A program made the translations under genes and the position numbers. A stretch of 64,000 nucleotides of DNA, from positions 30,058-94,057 of the forward strand of contig JAJNQA010000027.1 of NCBI GenBank assembly GCA_021155085.1, in the 5' to 3' direction. Positions within the stretch are counted from its first letter, which is position 1. Each line of letters opens with the position of its first letter. Under the pieces are notes generated by a model that was not told the origin of the DNA, did no database searches, and saw only the letters and a program-made list of their open reading frames with translations. This document shows positions 8,848-20,140 of the stretch, in pieces. The stretch comes from Heliomicrobium sp. Lineage in GTDB: Bacteria > Acidobacteriota > Blastocatellia > RBC074.

Positions 8848-11800
8848 ATGCTTTCCAAAGAGTGGAAACAACGAAAAACAACTTACGATTTCATCATCAT
8901 TGGTTCTGGGTATGGAGGCGCAATCACCGCCGCACGCCTGACCGCCGCCACGCCTTCGCCGTCCGTCTGCCTGCTGGAACGCGGGCGCGAATGGGAGGTT
9001 GGCAAATTCCCCGATGACGTTGGTGAAGTCGCCCGCAGCGTCCGCAATCCCACCTTCAATCCCACGGGACTCTATGATTTTCTGCTCTTTCCTGAAATTT
9101 CAGTCATGAAAGGCTCCGGCCTCGGCGGGACCTCGCTGATCAACGCCAACGTGGCCATCGTGCCGGACGAAGAAGTCTTCAGGCAGCTTGCCTGGCCAAA
9201 CGCGATCAAGCTGCCGGAGTTGCTGCCGTATTACCAGAAGGCGAAAACCATGCTGGGCGCAAACCCCCACCCACGCGGAAATCCGGCACAGGCCGATTCG
9301 CTGTTGAAAGTTCGTGGCCTGGATAAACGCGCGCAGGAACTGAGCCAGCGGGCCTTTCCGCTCGACATCGTGGTCAGTTTCAAGGACGGCAAGAACGCGG
9401 CGGGCGTCGAACAGAAAGCCTGCATTGATTGCGGCGATTGCGTGACCGGCTGCAACGTCGGCGCGAAAAACACGCTTTACATGAATTACCTGCCGGTCGC
9501 CGCGCGGCAGGGCTGCGACATTTTCACGAAGACCGAAATCAAATGGATCGAAAAACTCAGCGGCGGCGGCTGGCGCGTTCACGGCGTGCGCTACAAGGAC
9601 CTGAATTTCACGGATGATTTCACGCTCGACGCGGGCAAGGTGATTCTGGCCGCCGGTTCGCTGGGCACGCCGGAGATTCTGCTGCGCTCGGAGTTTCGCG
9701 GTTTATCGCTTTCGCCCAAAGTGGGCACGCAGTTTTCCGGCAATGGCGATTTCTTCGCGCTGGCGTACAACGCGGATCAACAGTTGAACACCGTGGGCTT
9801 CGGCAAAAATCCCGGCCATAAGTGGGCGCAGCGCGGCAATGCGCCCGGGCCAAGCATTGTCGGGACCGTTCGCTACGGCGGGACAAATTCCAGCCTGCCG
9901 TTGGAAAAGCGTATGACGATTCAGGATTTTTCCTTTCCCAGCGCCTATGTCAGCGCGGCGATGATCGCGCTGGATTCGCTGGTCAATCTCGGCGGCGGAC
10001 AGGACACAGACCTCGGCGATGAAAAGGCCGAACGCGACCGCGTCCGGAAGAACAATCCGTTCGACCCTTATAAACAGGACAACGCCGCGTTCAATCACAC
10101 AATGCTCTATTTGATAATGGGGCACGACGACGGGAAGGGCGTTTTGCGGCTGAAGCATGAACAGGGACGCGTCGAAATTGATTGGGACAACGCCGGACGG
10201 CAGCAGGTCTTCAACCTGATCAACGAAGAGATTCGCCGCCATTCCCGCGCGCTGGGCGCAACCTTCGTCACCAATCCGCTGTGGGCCATTACCCCATCCA
10301 GAAACCTGATCACCGCGCATCCGCTGGGCGGTTGTCCGCTGGGCGATGATTATCTGCACGGCGCGGTGGATGAATTCGGGCGCGTCTTCGCGGGCGATGG
10401 CAATGTTCATGACGGATTGTTTGTGGCAGACGGCTCGTTGATTTCGACGGCGCTTGGGGTCAATCCGTTCCTGACCATTTCAGCCCTGTCGGAACGAATC
10501 GCCGACCGAATGGTCCGCCATCTGGGCGGCGAAGCTTACCCGGCGCGCCCGGTAACGGTCCCGGTTGGCGGGCTCGAGCCGGCGGAAATCACGAAGTACA
10601 AGGAAGACGACCTGGAACGCATCTTCAGCCGCGTTCAAACCGGCAGCATCGAAAAGATGGTCAACGGCGGCAAGGTCGAAATTGACGCGGCGCATGGAAT
10701 GATCCGCAACGACACCGTCTGGAAAGGCTTTTTTCCGCGCGGCCACGTGATGGACCGGCTTTCGACGGCATTTTTTGCCAGCTTCAGGAAACGCTTCAGC
10801 AAAACCGCCGATGGCAAATTCATCGGCGTCACCAGCGATTCCGATGGGCGCATCAACGCTAATAACAAGCTCGAAGAGATCACGCTGACCAAACGCACGG
10901 GCACGCTCGATCCGGGCAAATACATCAAATTAAGTTACACGGATCCGCAGTGGGCGGGCTTTTACGACATTTTCAAAGTCGTCAGCGATGACCTGCTGAT
11001 CGGGCGCGTTTATCTGGGACGCTACCCGGACGGCCATCGCCTGTTTACCTTCCCCATGGTCCGCAGCTACGGCCTGGACAATATGACCGTCCCCGATCAC
11101 AAGGCGATTTGGGATCAGGGCGCTGTGCCAGCGAAAGAGCAGTTGAGCGGATTGTGGGAAATGCACATGGTTTCCAACGCGCACAACACCGGCGTAGTGG
11201 CGTATTTGAAATTCGAGCACAAACCTGACGGGCGGCTGGAATCGCATTACCAATTCCTGGGTTTGATTGAAGGGTTGGCGGACGGAAGCTTCGGCCAGGA
11301 TCATTTCCGGATGGATGACTTCACGCGGTTTCACGACGAAATTCGTTTCGTCAATCCAGACATGCTGGTCGGCAAATACGTGACCGACGAACGCCCCGCC
11401 GTATTCAATTTGTTTGGCCCGGATTCGCTGGGACTTTTTCACCGCGAAAAAGGCGCGGACGGCACGACGCGTTTTGGCTTTTATTACTGGCTGAAACGCA
11501 GCACGCTGACCGAAACACCGGCAGTGGGCTTCCTGCGCCCATTGCTCGATACGCGCCTGCCGGAAGGCGTGGGAATGAGTTTTGACGAGGAGATGAACGG
11601 ATATTTCTTCCTAGGCTTCACGCCCCCCCCTGGACGCGCGGGCGATCAGCAGATCGAAGCCAGAATTCCCGCAAGCGGTAAACCCGCCGATGGCGAAGAG
11701 ATGAGTCTGGAAATGCGCATTACCGCGCGCGACCTCAACGAATTCATTGAAAGCACTGAACACGAAGCCCGTTTGGAAGGCACGATTCGCATTCAGAACT

Positions 11801-12249
11801 TCGAGGGGCAGCCGGGACAGACCATCTGCACCATCAACAGCTCGAAGAGTTTCTTCAACTACCTGCGCATCAATCCGGCGACGCAGGAGGCGGAGATTCT
11901 CTACCGCATCTATTTCTTCGCCGGCGTGGGCCGGGAATACCTCTTCTCCGGGCGCAAGTACATGCAAAAAGACGCGCGCGACGTGCAGGAAATCGTCCGT
12001 GATTTCACCACCTGTTACGGGCGTTTGACCGAATTGAAAACGGGACGCGAAGTCGGCGCGGGCCTGCTCCGATTCCGAACCTTTGAAGATCCGGACGCCG
12101 TGCATAGCTTTGCGGAGTACCTGAAATCCTTCCGCGTGATCGGCACGGACAATCCGTTTGTGCAGTCGCAGGCGCAACTTCGATTTCTGGCAGTGACCAA
12201 TCAGTTCGTCGCAAGGGAGTATGACTTGATTGGAAATTTGCTGAGCTAA
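8848..12249 (+). CDS. GMC-family (cholesterol-oxidase-like) FAD oxidoreductase fused to about 570-aa C-terminal region of unknown function
   Basis: GAGGAGGAG SD; N-term DFIIIGSGYGGA Rossmann, GGTSLINANV, C-term GMC motif HPLGGCPLGDD...GLFVADGSLISTALGVNPFLTISALSERIA at about aa 480-560; remaining about 570 aa no recognisable family. Confidence 0.75.
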   Translation: MLSKEWKQRKTTYDFIIIGSGYGGAITAARLTAATPSPSVCLLERGREWEVGKFPDDVGEVARSVRNPTFNPTGLYDFLLFPEISVMKGSGLGGTSLINANVAIVPDEEVFRQLAWPNAIKLPELLPYYQKAKTMLGANPHPRGNPAQADSLLKVRGLDKRAQELSQRAFPLDIVVSFKDGKNAAGVEQKACIDCGDCVTGCNVGAKNTLYMNYLPVAARQGCDIFTKTEIKWIEKLSGGGWRVHGVRYKDLNFTDDFTLDAGKVILAAGSLGTPEILLRSEFRGLSLSPKVGTQFSGNGDFFALAYNADQQLNTVGFGKNPGHKWAQRGNAPGPSIVGTVRYGGTNSSLPLEKRMTIQDFSFPSAYVSAAMIALDSLVNLGGGQDTDLGDEKAERDRVRKNNPFDPYKQDNAAFNHTMLYLIMGHDDGKGVLRLKHEQGRVEIDWDNAGRQQVFNLINEEIRRHSRALGATFVTNPLWAITPSRNLITAHPLGGCPLGDDYLHGAVDEFGRVFAGDGNVHDGLFVADGSLISTALGVNPFLTISALSERIADRMVRHLGGEAYPARPVTVPVGGLEPAEITKYKEDDLERIFSRVQTGSIEKMVNGGKVEIDAAHGMIRNDTVWKGFFPRGHVMDRLSTAFFASFRKRFSKTADGKFIGVTSDSDGRINANNKLEEITLTKRTGTLDPGKYIKLSYTDPQWAGFYDIFKVVSDDLLIGRVYLGRYPDGHRLFTFPMVRSYGLDNMTVPDHKAIWDQGAVPAKEQLSGLWEMHMVSNAHNTGVVAYLKFEHKPDGRLESHYQFLGLIEGLADGSFGQDHFRMDDFTRFHDEIRFVNPDMLVGKYVTDERPAVFNLFGPDSLGLFHREKGADGTTRFGFYYWLKRSTLTETPAVGFLRPLLDTRLPEGVGMSFDEEMNGYFFLGFTPPPGRAGDQQIEARIPASGKPADGEEMSLEMRITARDLNEFIESTEHEARLEGTIRIQNFEGQPGQTICTINSSKSFFNYLRINPATQEAEILYRIYFFAGVGREYLFSGRKYMQKDARDVQEIVRDFTTCYGRLTELKTGREVGAGLLRFRTFEDPDAVHSFAEYLKSFRVIGTDNPFVQSQAQLRFLAVTNQFVAREYDLIGNLLS

Positions 12250-12293
12250 ATCTGCTCCTTTTCGCTTGAACCCGAAACTCACAGGAGATTGCC

Positions 12294-13763
12294 ATGAACG
12301 AAGATTTGAAAACCCTGTATCGCACGGTTGGAATCACCGCTCCGCTGCCGGACGCCACCCGATCGTTTGCCGCCACTGCGGCGTTGAATGCTGACGACCC
12401 GGCGGATTTGCCGCCGCTGGATGCCAATGGGCTGGATCAGCTCGAAGCGGAGTTGAATCTTCATCCGCGCCTGACGCTGGCGCGCGCGCGCGAAGCCTGG
12501 GATCCCGGGCTGACCCAGAAGCAATTGCGTGAAGCCATTGCCACAACCCGCCGGGCGCTGAACGCGCCGGAGCAAGCCGTCGCCGAAATCCAGGCCGCCG
12601 CCCTTTCCCGTTCGGCAATTGCCGCCGCTGCACTGCCGAACGGCTTCGATTTCCCCGGAATGGATCTCGCGGAAATCGGGATTGACCCGGATGATCGAAA
12701 GTTTGAAAACGATGATGTGGTTGGCATTCTCGGTTGGATGTTTGGCGCGGGGCCATACGTTCTGACAAGACCGAAGAAGGAAACCTTTCGATTCCACAAT
12801 CAAGCCTCATTCTCATCGAACTTCATTTATCCGCTGCCGGAACCCGCGCCCGGCGCGCCGCTGGAAATCGCGCTGTTCAGCGATTTCGGCGTCGGGCGGT
12901 ATTACTCGAAATACATCGCCAAACAGCTCAAAACCCGCCGCTTTCCTTATGCCATTCATCTGGGCGATGTGTATTTCGCGGGGCGGCGCTCGGAATTCGC
13001 CGAATACTTCGAACCGCTGATTGATCCCATCCTGGCCGAGACCGGCGTTTTTGCGCTCAATTCGAACCACGAGATGTATTCCGGCGGCATTCCGTATTTC
13101 GAGTACATCAGCAAACGCGCACAGCTTCAGCCCGCCAAACAGAAACAGGAAGGAAGTTATTTCTGCCTGCGCTCGCAGCGGTTTCAAATCATCGGAATTG
13201 ACACCGCTTTCAATGGTCACGGACGCTACAAGGAAGACATCCTGGTCAACTGGCTGCGCGACCGGTTGCGCGAAGGGCGGCAAGCGGGGCGGGTGAACAT
13301 TCTGCTCAGCGCCGATCATCCCTACAATTACGGCGAAAAGAAACTGACGAAGCTGCTGGACAAAGACCTGAGGCCGCTGGTGCTGGACGAACGGCTGGTG
13401 GATTTGTGGTTCTGGGGCAACACGCATTACTGCGCGCTGTACGACCACAGGCCGGCGGCTGCGGGCGAAATTCCCGTGCTGCCCTTTGTCGGCAGTTGCA
13501 TCGGGCACGGCGGCTATCCTTATGACATCGTGAAGCAGGGCCGGTTCCAGCCCACGCCGATTGTCTTTCTGGAGGGAAACGCGCGCTTCCCGGCGGCAAC
13601 GGGGCTGCGGCAGGACAGAGGCAATAACGGCTACTGCGTGCTGCAACTCAATGCGGATGGGTCAATCGGATTGCAATACGTGGATTGGATGAGCAATTTG
13701 CGCTTTGCTGCAATGCTGACCCGCGATGCTGCCGGACAACCGCTGAAAGTGGTGCCAGCCTGA
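12294..13763 (+). CDS. calcineurin-like metallophosphoesterase with about 190-aa N-terminal extension
   Basis: motifs HLGDVYFAG, ALNSNHEMY (GNHE-like), HPYNY, GNTHY; 44 bp after upstream stop. Confidence 0.7.
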   Translation: MNEDLKTLYRTVGITAPLPDATRSFAATAALNADDPADLPPLDANGLDQLEAELNLHPRLTLARAREAWDPGLTQKQLREAIATTRRALNAPEQAVAEIQAAALSRSAIAAAALPNGFDFPGMDLAEIGIDPDDRKFENDDVVGILGWMFGAGPYVLTRPKKETFRFHNQASFSSNFIYPLPEPAPGAPLEIALFSDFGVGRYYSKYIAKQLKTRRFPYAIHLGDVYFAGRRSEFAEYFEPLIDPILAETGVFALNSNHEMYSGGIPYFEYISKRAQLQPAKQKQEGSYFCLRSQRFQIIGIDTAFNGHGRYKEDILVNWLRDRLREGRQAGRVNILLSADHPYNYGEKKLTKLLDKDLRPLVLDERLVDLWFWGNTHYCALYDHRPAAAGEIPVLPFVGSCIGHGGYPYDIVKQGRFQPTPIVFLEGNARFPAATGLRQDRGNNGYCVLQLNADGSIGLQYVDWMSNLRFAAMLTRDAAGQPLKVVPA

Positions 13764-13770
13764 TCAAAAA

Positions 13771-13797
13771 GTGGAACGGACTTCAGTCCGTTCACAG
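13771..13797 (+). terminator. stem-loop GTGGAACGGAC-ttca-GTCCGTTCAC between operon genes (member of GTGG...CCAC hairpin family)
   Basis: 8-9 bp perfect stem, 4-nt loop; no clear U-tract so may be processing/REP-like rather than terminator. Confidence 0.4.
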
Positions 13798-13850
13798 CTA
13801 CCTGGAACAGACCGAAAATCCGTCTCACAAACTTGTTTAAGGAGCAATCA

Positions 13851-14819
13851 ATGGCCAATCTTGGCAAACTCGAACTCACGATCAAAAACACTGTGGATCA
13901 GCCTGCCGCCGATCCCAAAACGCGAATTGAAGTTCAACGTACGGACAATTCCGTCGTCCGCCAATTTAAGAACCTTAACCTGCCGCTCCCCGGCGTATTG
14001 GAGATTCCGGCGTTCCCGCATGAATCCAATTTGCGCTGCACCGTGCTGTCAAAACGCTATCGCCCTTTCAACACGGGCTTTTTCACGCTTTCATCGGCGG
14101 AACCGAAGCGGCTGGAATTGCACGCCCTGCGCAATCCCAAAGAGTGGAGCGCGCAATTCGTCGCCTGGAAGCAACTGCCGGAAGAGTTCAAACCCATTCA
14201 ACAGGTGCTGGACGCTTCGGAAGTAAAAGTCATCAAGGGCGAAAAACTCGGCAAATTTACCGAAGACAAATACGACACGGCCAAGACCGAAAAGACCGTC
14301 CTGGCGAAAACCGCCCTGCTGAACCTGTTCGCCAAACTCACCGTTTTGCCGGAACCGATTGGCGGACGGAATCCCTGGTTTTCGTTTGTGGATCGCGTGC
14401 TGGCGATTGACCGGGAGCGTTTTTACGCGCAGGTGAACGTGGAAATGGGCGAGGTCGTCCGGCATATCAAAGACAACCTGCCCAAATTCAACGGCTACGA
14501 ATCGGCCACCGCCGGCAATCACTTCGACAAATTGCAGGAAACCCTGCCTGAATTCCGCATCTTCAAAACGAAGATGTTCAGCGTCAAAACCGACGATGCC
14601 AACGGCAATCTGCAACTGACGCTGGCTCCAGCCAAAGACGCTGGCGGAAACGACGTGCTGCTGCTGGATGCCGATATGGACGAAAACGGCAAAATGCTGA
14701 AGCACTTGATTGACGTGTTTTTCATTCACCCGTTCAATGGCGGAACGCATCCATTCGACATTCACGAATACCTGGCGCTGGCCCATCGCAACCATCCGCG
14801 CGGGTACGAACTGGTCTGA
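13851..14819 (+). CDS. hypothetical protein (322 aa), third gene of GMC/phosphoesterase operon
   Basis: AAGGAG SD 7 nt upstream of ATG 13851; no recognisable motif. Confidence 0.5.
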   Translation: MANLGKLELTIKNTVDQPAADPKTRIEVQRTDNSVVRQFKNLNLPLPGVLEIPAFPHESNLRCTVLSKRYRPFNTGFFTLSSAEPKRLELHALRNPKEWSAQFVAWKQLPEEFKPIQQVLDASEVKVIKGEKLGKFTEDKYDTAKTEKTVLAKTALLNLFAKLTVLPEPIGGRNPWFSFVDRVLAIDRERFYAQVNVEMGEVVRHIKDNLPKFNGYESATAGNHFDKLQETLPEFRIFKTKMFSVKTDDANGNLQLTLAPAKDAGGNDVLLLDADMDENGKMLKHLIDVFFIHPFNGGTHPFDIHEYLALAHRNHPRGYELV

Positions 14820-14866
14820 GGTTTTCGGGTCGCGGCGATGACTGAAAATCGCCGCGGCCCGGAATC

Positions 14867-16288
14867 TTACGGTCTGGATTTCGGCAGCCGCTCAACCAGC
14901 GGCTGGTAGCGCGGATCGGAACGCAACGTTGCCAGATCCTCATCGCCATCATAATCCGTGCGCGCGCCGAAGTTTTCATTAACCGCCTGCGCCAGCATTT
15001 CAAACGCCTTGTCTTTCTTTCCCAGCCGCGCATATCCACACGCCAGATTGTAGGACGCCAGCCCGCGCGTGTTGGCGCCGGGCGGAATACCAGCGGCAAA
15101 GGCATTCTCATAATTTTTGACCGCCTCTTCGTTTTTCCCCTGGTGGAGTTGTGCGTAGGCGAGCTGGCCGTAAACCTGACTGTTGCGCATTCCGCCGTCA
15201 ACGGCGCGGATCAAAAGCTGTTCCGCTTCAGCCCATTGCTGCCTGCCCAGCCGAATCTGTCCCAGCCCGGCCAGAACGCCCGGATGATCGGAACCCAGGG
15301 CCAGCGCCTTTTCATAGGCGGCGGTGGCTTCGTCCGTTCGCCGCAGTTGCATCAGCGCCCGGCCATAATGCAAATGCGCGTCGGCGTCTTTGGGATGGTC
15401 GGCCACCCAGCGAGAGAGCAAATCGGCTGTCTGCTGCGGATTATTGCCGTATGTCGCGGCGACGATAGCCCGCGCGGGCGAAGGCTGCCACGGCGGCGCG
15501 GGAACCGGTTCCAGATTGGATTTCCAGAACGCAAGACTTTGTTGAATGATCCGGCGCGCGTCGTCATTGTCTGAAAACGCGTCGAAGGCGTGCGGCAGGC
15601 GGCTGGCAAACAATAACGTCCACGGTGCGCCGGCTTCGACGACACGCTGCCACAAACCGGTGAGCGGCGCGCCCAATCCCGGCGCATCACCCGCTGCCGT
15701 AATGAACAGCACCGGCAGGTCGGTTCGCAGCTTGCCCGGCGGAGGCGCGCCGTAATACAGCGCCGCCGCGCGAATGCCGGGAGCGGCGTGTTCGCCGGAA
15801 AGATATTCCGCCGCTCCGCGCACATTGGCCGAAGCGGCGTAAACGCCCAGCCGCGCCGCGTCCACGTGATGTTCCGCGCCCCGCTCGGTCAAAAAGCTGA
15901 ACAGGCCGCGAATGCTTTCCTGAACTTTCGTGGCGTCGGCGTCCATCGAAATCCCGATCATTCCGTGCGCCGCCACCAGTCGCGGCCAGGTTTTATAAAT
16001 CTCCCAGCTTTTGATTTTGCTGTCTGGGCGGTCGCCAATGGCATTGAGGAACACAACCGCAGGGCGTTTCTCTCCGGCTTTCAAACCAGGCGGCAGATAA
16101 ATGTCCGCCGTCAATGCGCCGGAGTAGGGAACGTCCGCGCGGACTTTAACATCGCGCGTGGCGGGAACGTCGTAAACCACGCCCCAGTATGTCGCATCGA
16201 GTGGCGAACGCTCTTGCGCCAGACTGGAAATTGCAAAAGCCGCCGTCAGTAGCAGCAGTCGTGTTGCTCGAAACAGGTGTTGAATCAT
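14867..16288 (-). CDS. secreted alpha/beta-hydrolase (dienelactone-hydrolase/S9-like) with C-terminal TPR repeats
   Basis: start at MIQHL with GGAGG SD; signal peptide; a/b-hydrolase core then TPR-like AYEKALALG.../AYAQLHQGKNEEAVKNYENA. Confidence 0.7.
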   Translation of the reverse strand: MIQHLFRATRLLLLTAAFAISSLAQERSPLDATYWGVVYDVPATRDVKVRADVPYSGALTADIYLPPGLKAGEKRPAVVFLNAIGDRPDSKIKSWEIYKTWPRLVAAHGMIGISMDADATKVQESIRGLFSFLTERGAEHHVDAARLGVYAASANVRGAAEYLSGEHAAPGIRAAALYYGAPPPGKLRTDLPVLFITAAGDAPGLGAPLTGLWQRVVEAGAPWTLLFASRLPHAFDAFSDNDDARRIIQQSLAFWKSNLEPVPAPPWQPSPARAIVAATYGNNPQQTADLLSRWVADHPKDADAHLHYGRALMQLRRTDEATAAYEKALALGSDHPGVLAGLGQIRLGRQQWAEAEQLLIRAVDGGMRNSQVYGQLAYAQLHQGKNEEAVKNYENAFAAGIPPGANTRGLASYNLACGYARLGKKDKAFEMLAQAVNENFGARTDYDGDEDLATLRSDPRYQPLVERLPKSRP

Positions 16289-16420
16289 GGTTGCGCCTCC
16301 GAGTTTGGAAAAGCCGTTGAACATGAAAAAAGCCGGGCACGTGGCCCGGCTGGAAATATAGCGGCGCAAAGGTTGGCCGAATACTGCGGCTCACCGCGCT
16401 CTAACATCTTTTACAAGATT

Positions 16421-18919
16421 TTACCGCCCGCCAATCGGATCGCCCGGTGGTGTCGGCAGGGGACGGCTCGGCTGACGAACAGCGTCCGGGCGGCTCAAAA
16501 AGCGTTCGATGTCTTCCTGCACGGCGCGCCGATGCGCGTCGGTTGCGGCAGTGGTTTTCAGCAATGCATTCAAACCGCGCAGTGCGCCGGAAGCCTCCGC
16601 TCTCACCAGCGGCGAAGCGCCTTCATCCCCCGCCAGAGCGATCAGCTTCTGCGCTGTCACGCTTTGCACCGAACGCTGAATCGCGCGGTGATAAGCGTTC
16701 GTCGTGGCGGGAGCTTTCCAGGTGGCGGCGATGACGGCGTCAATCACTTCCTTGAAATCCGGATTGGCGGCGTTTTCTCCGTGGAACTGAATCAGCCGGG
16801 CGGCGCGATTCGGATCGAGCAGTGCGGTCAAGGTCAGATCGGCGGCAATCGTCGCGGCGGCCAGCGGATCGAACGCCGGGTCGGTGCGGCGGCTGAAATA
16901 TTCCGCCGTGCCGCCTTCGTAGCCGGTGGCAACGGGCGGAATCAGATCGAGAATATTTTGCGGCAGCGCCAGTTCATCCACCTTGATTGTTTCGAGTAAG
17001 GCTTTTAATGCCTCGCGCTGGCGAGCGGCAGGAGCGACTTCGCGGAATTTGGCCGGACTGGGACCATTGGCGGTTTTGACGGCGTAGGTGAAATACAGGC
17101 CGCCGAGCGATTTTGATGCGGCAATCAGTTGGTAGCGGTGATGCAGATACAACGGCAGCAGCTTGGCTTCGAGCGCGGACATCGGCTGGCCCACCGCGAT
17201 GCTTTTCAGGCCGAAATCTTTCAGCCCGATGCGGCGGACTTCCATTTCGTGGCGCAAGGTGGCGATGGCGTCCGTGCCGTTGTCCCAGACGCTGGCCAGC
17301 GGATGCGCCGTGCCTACGCCGCGCGCGTCGCCGTCGTCAATGAACAGCATTCCGTCGGTCAGCCCTTTTTGAATGATCTTTTCCAGTTCCGCTTTTTCAT
17401 TCACGCCGGCAGGGAATTCGGCGTAGGCGAATTTGACCGAAAACTTGTCGAAATCGCCGATGCCGACGGCGTAGGCATTCGACAAATCCAGTTTGCCGTT
17501 TTTGATCTCGACCCACGGCGCGGGGTAATCCATCACCGAACCTCGGTTGTAACTGGACGCCGCGAAGTTATGCGAGAAGCCCAGCGTGTGGCCGACTTCG
17601 TGGGCCGACAACTGGCGAATGCGCGCAAGCGCCATCGCCGCTGAATCGGTCGCCGCGTCGGCCGTCGAAGCGGTCAAATAGTCCATGTCCGGCGAATCGC
17701 CCGCTTCGCACAAATGATTGAATCCGGCATCTTCGGTTGACGCGGTCAGCACGGGGATCATCCCAGTCCCCAGCATGACATCCTGCCGAATGCGCAAACT
17801 TCCCAACGAGACATTGCCCTTGATGATTTCGCCCGTGCGCGGGTCGCTGACCGAGGCGCCGTAGGACCAGCCGCGCGTCGAACGATGCACCCAGTTGATC
17901 ATGTTGTAGCGGACATCCATCGGGTCTGCGTCCGCCGGAAGCACTTCGACGCGGTAGGCGTTTTTGAATCCGGCGGCTTCATACGCCTGTGCCCACCACT
18001 GCGCGCCTTCGACCAGGGCGGAGCGGATCGGTTCCGGCACGCCGTTATCCACGTAATAGACAATCGGTTTGACGACTTCGCTGACCGCCGCGCCAGGATC
18101 TTTTTTCTGCAGGCGGTGACGGCGAATCCAGCGCTTTTCGACCGGTTCGGTAAATGGCGAAGCGTAATCGTGAAACATCATTGGCATCGCGCTGACGCGC
18201 GGGTCGTATTCTCGCGGCTTATAGTTCAAATCCGGCAGTTCGACGAAGGAATGATGCTGGCGCACGGTCACGGATTGCGCTGACGGCGTAACGCTGCGAA
18301 CGAGGCCGCCCGGTTCATCGCTGGCCAGCGTGATGACGGTTTCGACTTCGGTATTTTTCGGAAAGCCTTTGGTGCGTGGCAGGTAAAACGAACTGCGCGA
18401 TTCGTCAAAACGGAAATTGCCCTGCCGCGCGCCGCGCATTCTTTCCGCGACACCGTGCGCGTCGCGCATAAACAGCGCGGTTGCATCCACCAGCACTTTG
18501 CCAGCTTCCGCCGCTTCGACCTTGAAGCCCCAGATGACGGATTTGGCAAAGGAATCGGCGACAGCGCGGCGTTCGGCTTCGTCGCTGGACAGTGCGCGAT
18601 AGCGGTAATTCGGCTGAATCATCAAGACCTTCGACCCGACGCGCTCGAAGTGCACGACAAACGTCCCGCCCAATTGTCCGCGATCCAGGCCGATGGGATT
18701 GGAGCCGACGCCCGCCGGCAGCGAAAGCTGGTAGAGCAGTTCGGTGTTGAACCGGGAAATTTCCATCCACATCTTGCCTTGCGCCGCGTCCCAGTACAGC
18801 GGCACGTAGCCGTCAATCTTTTGCAGGTTGGCGGTTTTGGCGGAAATCGTCGGTGGCGTTTGCGCGCCGACTGGCAGCGCGGCAAATAACAGCAACAGGG
18901 TGAAGAGCAGTTTTTTCAT
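16421..18919 (-). CDS. secreted zinc-dependent metalloprotease (DUF5117/DUF4953-type, HExxH)
   Basis: signal peptide [20 protein letters not shown]; [13 protein letters not shown] zinc-binding motif. Confidence 0.8.
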   Translation of the reverse strand: MKKLLFTLLLLFAALPVGAQTPPTISAKTANLQKIDGYVPLYWDAAQGKMWMEISRFNTELLYQLSLPAGVGSNPIGLDRGQLGGTFVVHFERVGSKVLMIQPNYRYRALSSDEAERRAVADSFAKSVIWGFKVEAAEAGKVLVDATALFMRDAHGVAERMRGARQGNFRFDESRSSFYLPRTKGFPKNTEVETVITLASDEPGGLVRSVTPSAQSVTVRQHHSFVELPDLNYKPREYDPRVSAMPMMFHDYASPFTEPVEKRWIRRHRLQKKDPGAAVSEVVKPIVYYVDNGVPEPIRSALVEGAQWWAQAYEAAGFKNAYRVEVLPADADPMDVRYNMINWVHRSTRGWSYGASVSDPRTGEIIKGNVSLGSLRIRQDVMLGTGMIPVLTASTEDAGFNHLCEAGDSPDMDYLTASTADAATDSAAMALARIRQLSAHEVGHTLGFSHNFAASSYNRGSVMDYPAPWVEIKNGKLDLSNAYAVGIGDFDKFSVKFAYAEFPAGVNEKAELEKIIQKGLTDGMLFIDDGDARGVGTAHPLASVWDNGTDAIATLRHEMEVRRIGLKDFGLKSIAVGQPMSALEAKLLPLYLHHRYQLIAASKSLGGLYFTYAVKTANGPSPAKFREVAPAARQREALKALLETIKVDELALPQNILDLIPPVATGYEGGTAEYFSRRTDPAFDPLAAATIAADLTLTALLDPNRAARLIQFHGENAANPDFKEVIDAVIAATWKAPATTNAYHRAIQRSVQSVTAQKLIALAGDEGASPLVRAEASGALRGLNALLKTTAATDAHRRAVQEDIERFLSRPDAVRQPSRPLPTPPGDPIGGR

Positions 18920-19018
18920 TTATACGTCCTCCGAAGTTTGTGAGTGAGTTGCGTGCGGTGGAATTAGTGCGGTACGCGAGCGTAAGCGAGCGCCATCAGT
19001 GATGAGAGTGGCGCTCGC

Positions 19019-20107
19019 TCACGCTCGCGTACTGTGCGCATCAAGCATCTTGCGAATCAACGGCGCGAGCAAATGCGGCTCGGCCAGAAAGCCATCGTGT
19101 CCGTGGTCGGTAAGGATTTCGGCGTACTCGGCATCCACACCCGCTTCTCGCATCCGGTTACTCAACGCTTTGACTTCCGAAGCCGGAAACAGCCAATCCG
19201 AAGAAATGCCGACCAGCAGCACGCGGGCCTGGATTCGTTCCAGCGCGGCGCGTTCCGACTCATAGCCAACCGTCGGATGAAAGTTATCCATTGCCTTGGT
19301 GATGAGCAGATAGGAATCGGCGTCAAAACGCCGCATGAAAATCGCGCCCTGATAATCCAGATACCCGCCGATGTCGTACCGTCCGGTCAGCGAAACCAGC
19401 GGGGCCTCGCCGTTGCGGTTTGGCCTGCGGGCGTACCGTTCGTCCAACAGCGTTTCGGATTTGTACGACAGCATCGCGATTTCACGCGCCAGCGCCAGCC
19501 CGCCATTTGGGTTATTAAAGATCGCCTGCCGTTGCAGGTGATTGAGCGCCAGTCCCATCGCGGTCAATGGCGCTGCCCCAATTGCCACGCATCGCGGAAC
19601 GCGATGCGGAAGGTCAATGGCCCATTGCATCGCCTGCATCGCGCCAATCGAACCGCCGACCACCGCGCGCAAGGTTTCAATTCCCAGATGATCCAGCAAA
19701 CGCGCCTGTGATCGAACCCAGTCGGAAACACCGACCAGCGGAAAGTCCCTGCCAAATGGTTTGCCGGTCGCGGGATTCCAGCTTTGCGGTCCGGTCGAAC
19801 CGTAGCAGGAACCCAGGACGTTGACGCAGATGACGCAATCGCGGTCGAGATCGAAAACGCCGTTCGCATTTTCCGGTGTCAGAAACAGTTGGGGCCACCA
19901 ATCGCCCGCGCGTGCCGAGCCGGACAAGGCGTGGCAGACCAGAATGGCGTTGTCGCGCTGTTCATTCAGCTTGCCGTAAATTGCGTAATGCAGCGTAACA
20001 GGTTGCAGCGAACCGCCGGAGAAAAGCTGGAAGGGCTGGTCAGTGGCGAAAGCGAAATCGCCTTCGAAGGTGGGTTCAATTGAATTGGGCGTCGCGTTTG
20101 ATGCCAT
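19019..20107 (-). CDS. metX: homoserine O-acetyltransferase
   Basis: a/b-hydrolase MetX family (GGSIGAMQAMQWAIDLP, catalytic Ser), start placed at ATG 20107 (MASNATPNS); ORF extends to 20161 with TTG. Confidence 0.8.
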   Translation of the reverse strand: MASNATPNSIEPTFEGDFAFATDQPFQLFSGGSLQPVTLHYAIYGKLNEQRDNAILVCHALSGSARAGDWWPQLFLTPENANGVFDLDRDCVICVNVLGSCYGSTGPQSWNPATGKPFGRDFPLVGVSDWVRSQARLLDHLGIETLRAVVGGSIGAMQAMQWAIDLPHRVPRCVAIGAAPLTAMGLALNHLQRQAIFNNPNGGLALAREIAMLSYKSETLLDERYARRPNRNGEAPLVSLTGRYDIGGYLDYQGAIFMRRFDADSYLLITKAMDNFHPTVGYESERAALERIQARVLLVGISSDWLFPASEVKALSNRMREAGVDAEYAEILTDHGHDGFLAEPHLLAPLIRKMLDAHSTRA

Positions 20108-20140
20108 TACTGCCTGTGGAAGGGAATTTTCAGGAAGCCG

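Noticed and set aside
11622-11629. C8 homopolymer inside the GMC-fusion gene as a phase-variation site
   Set aside because: Encodes an in-frame Pro run (TPPPG) in a cytoplasmic-type enzyme with no other contingency features; likely incidental.
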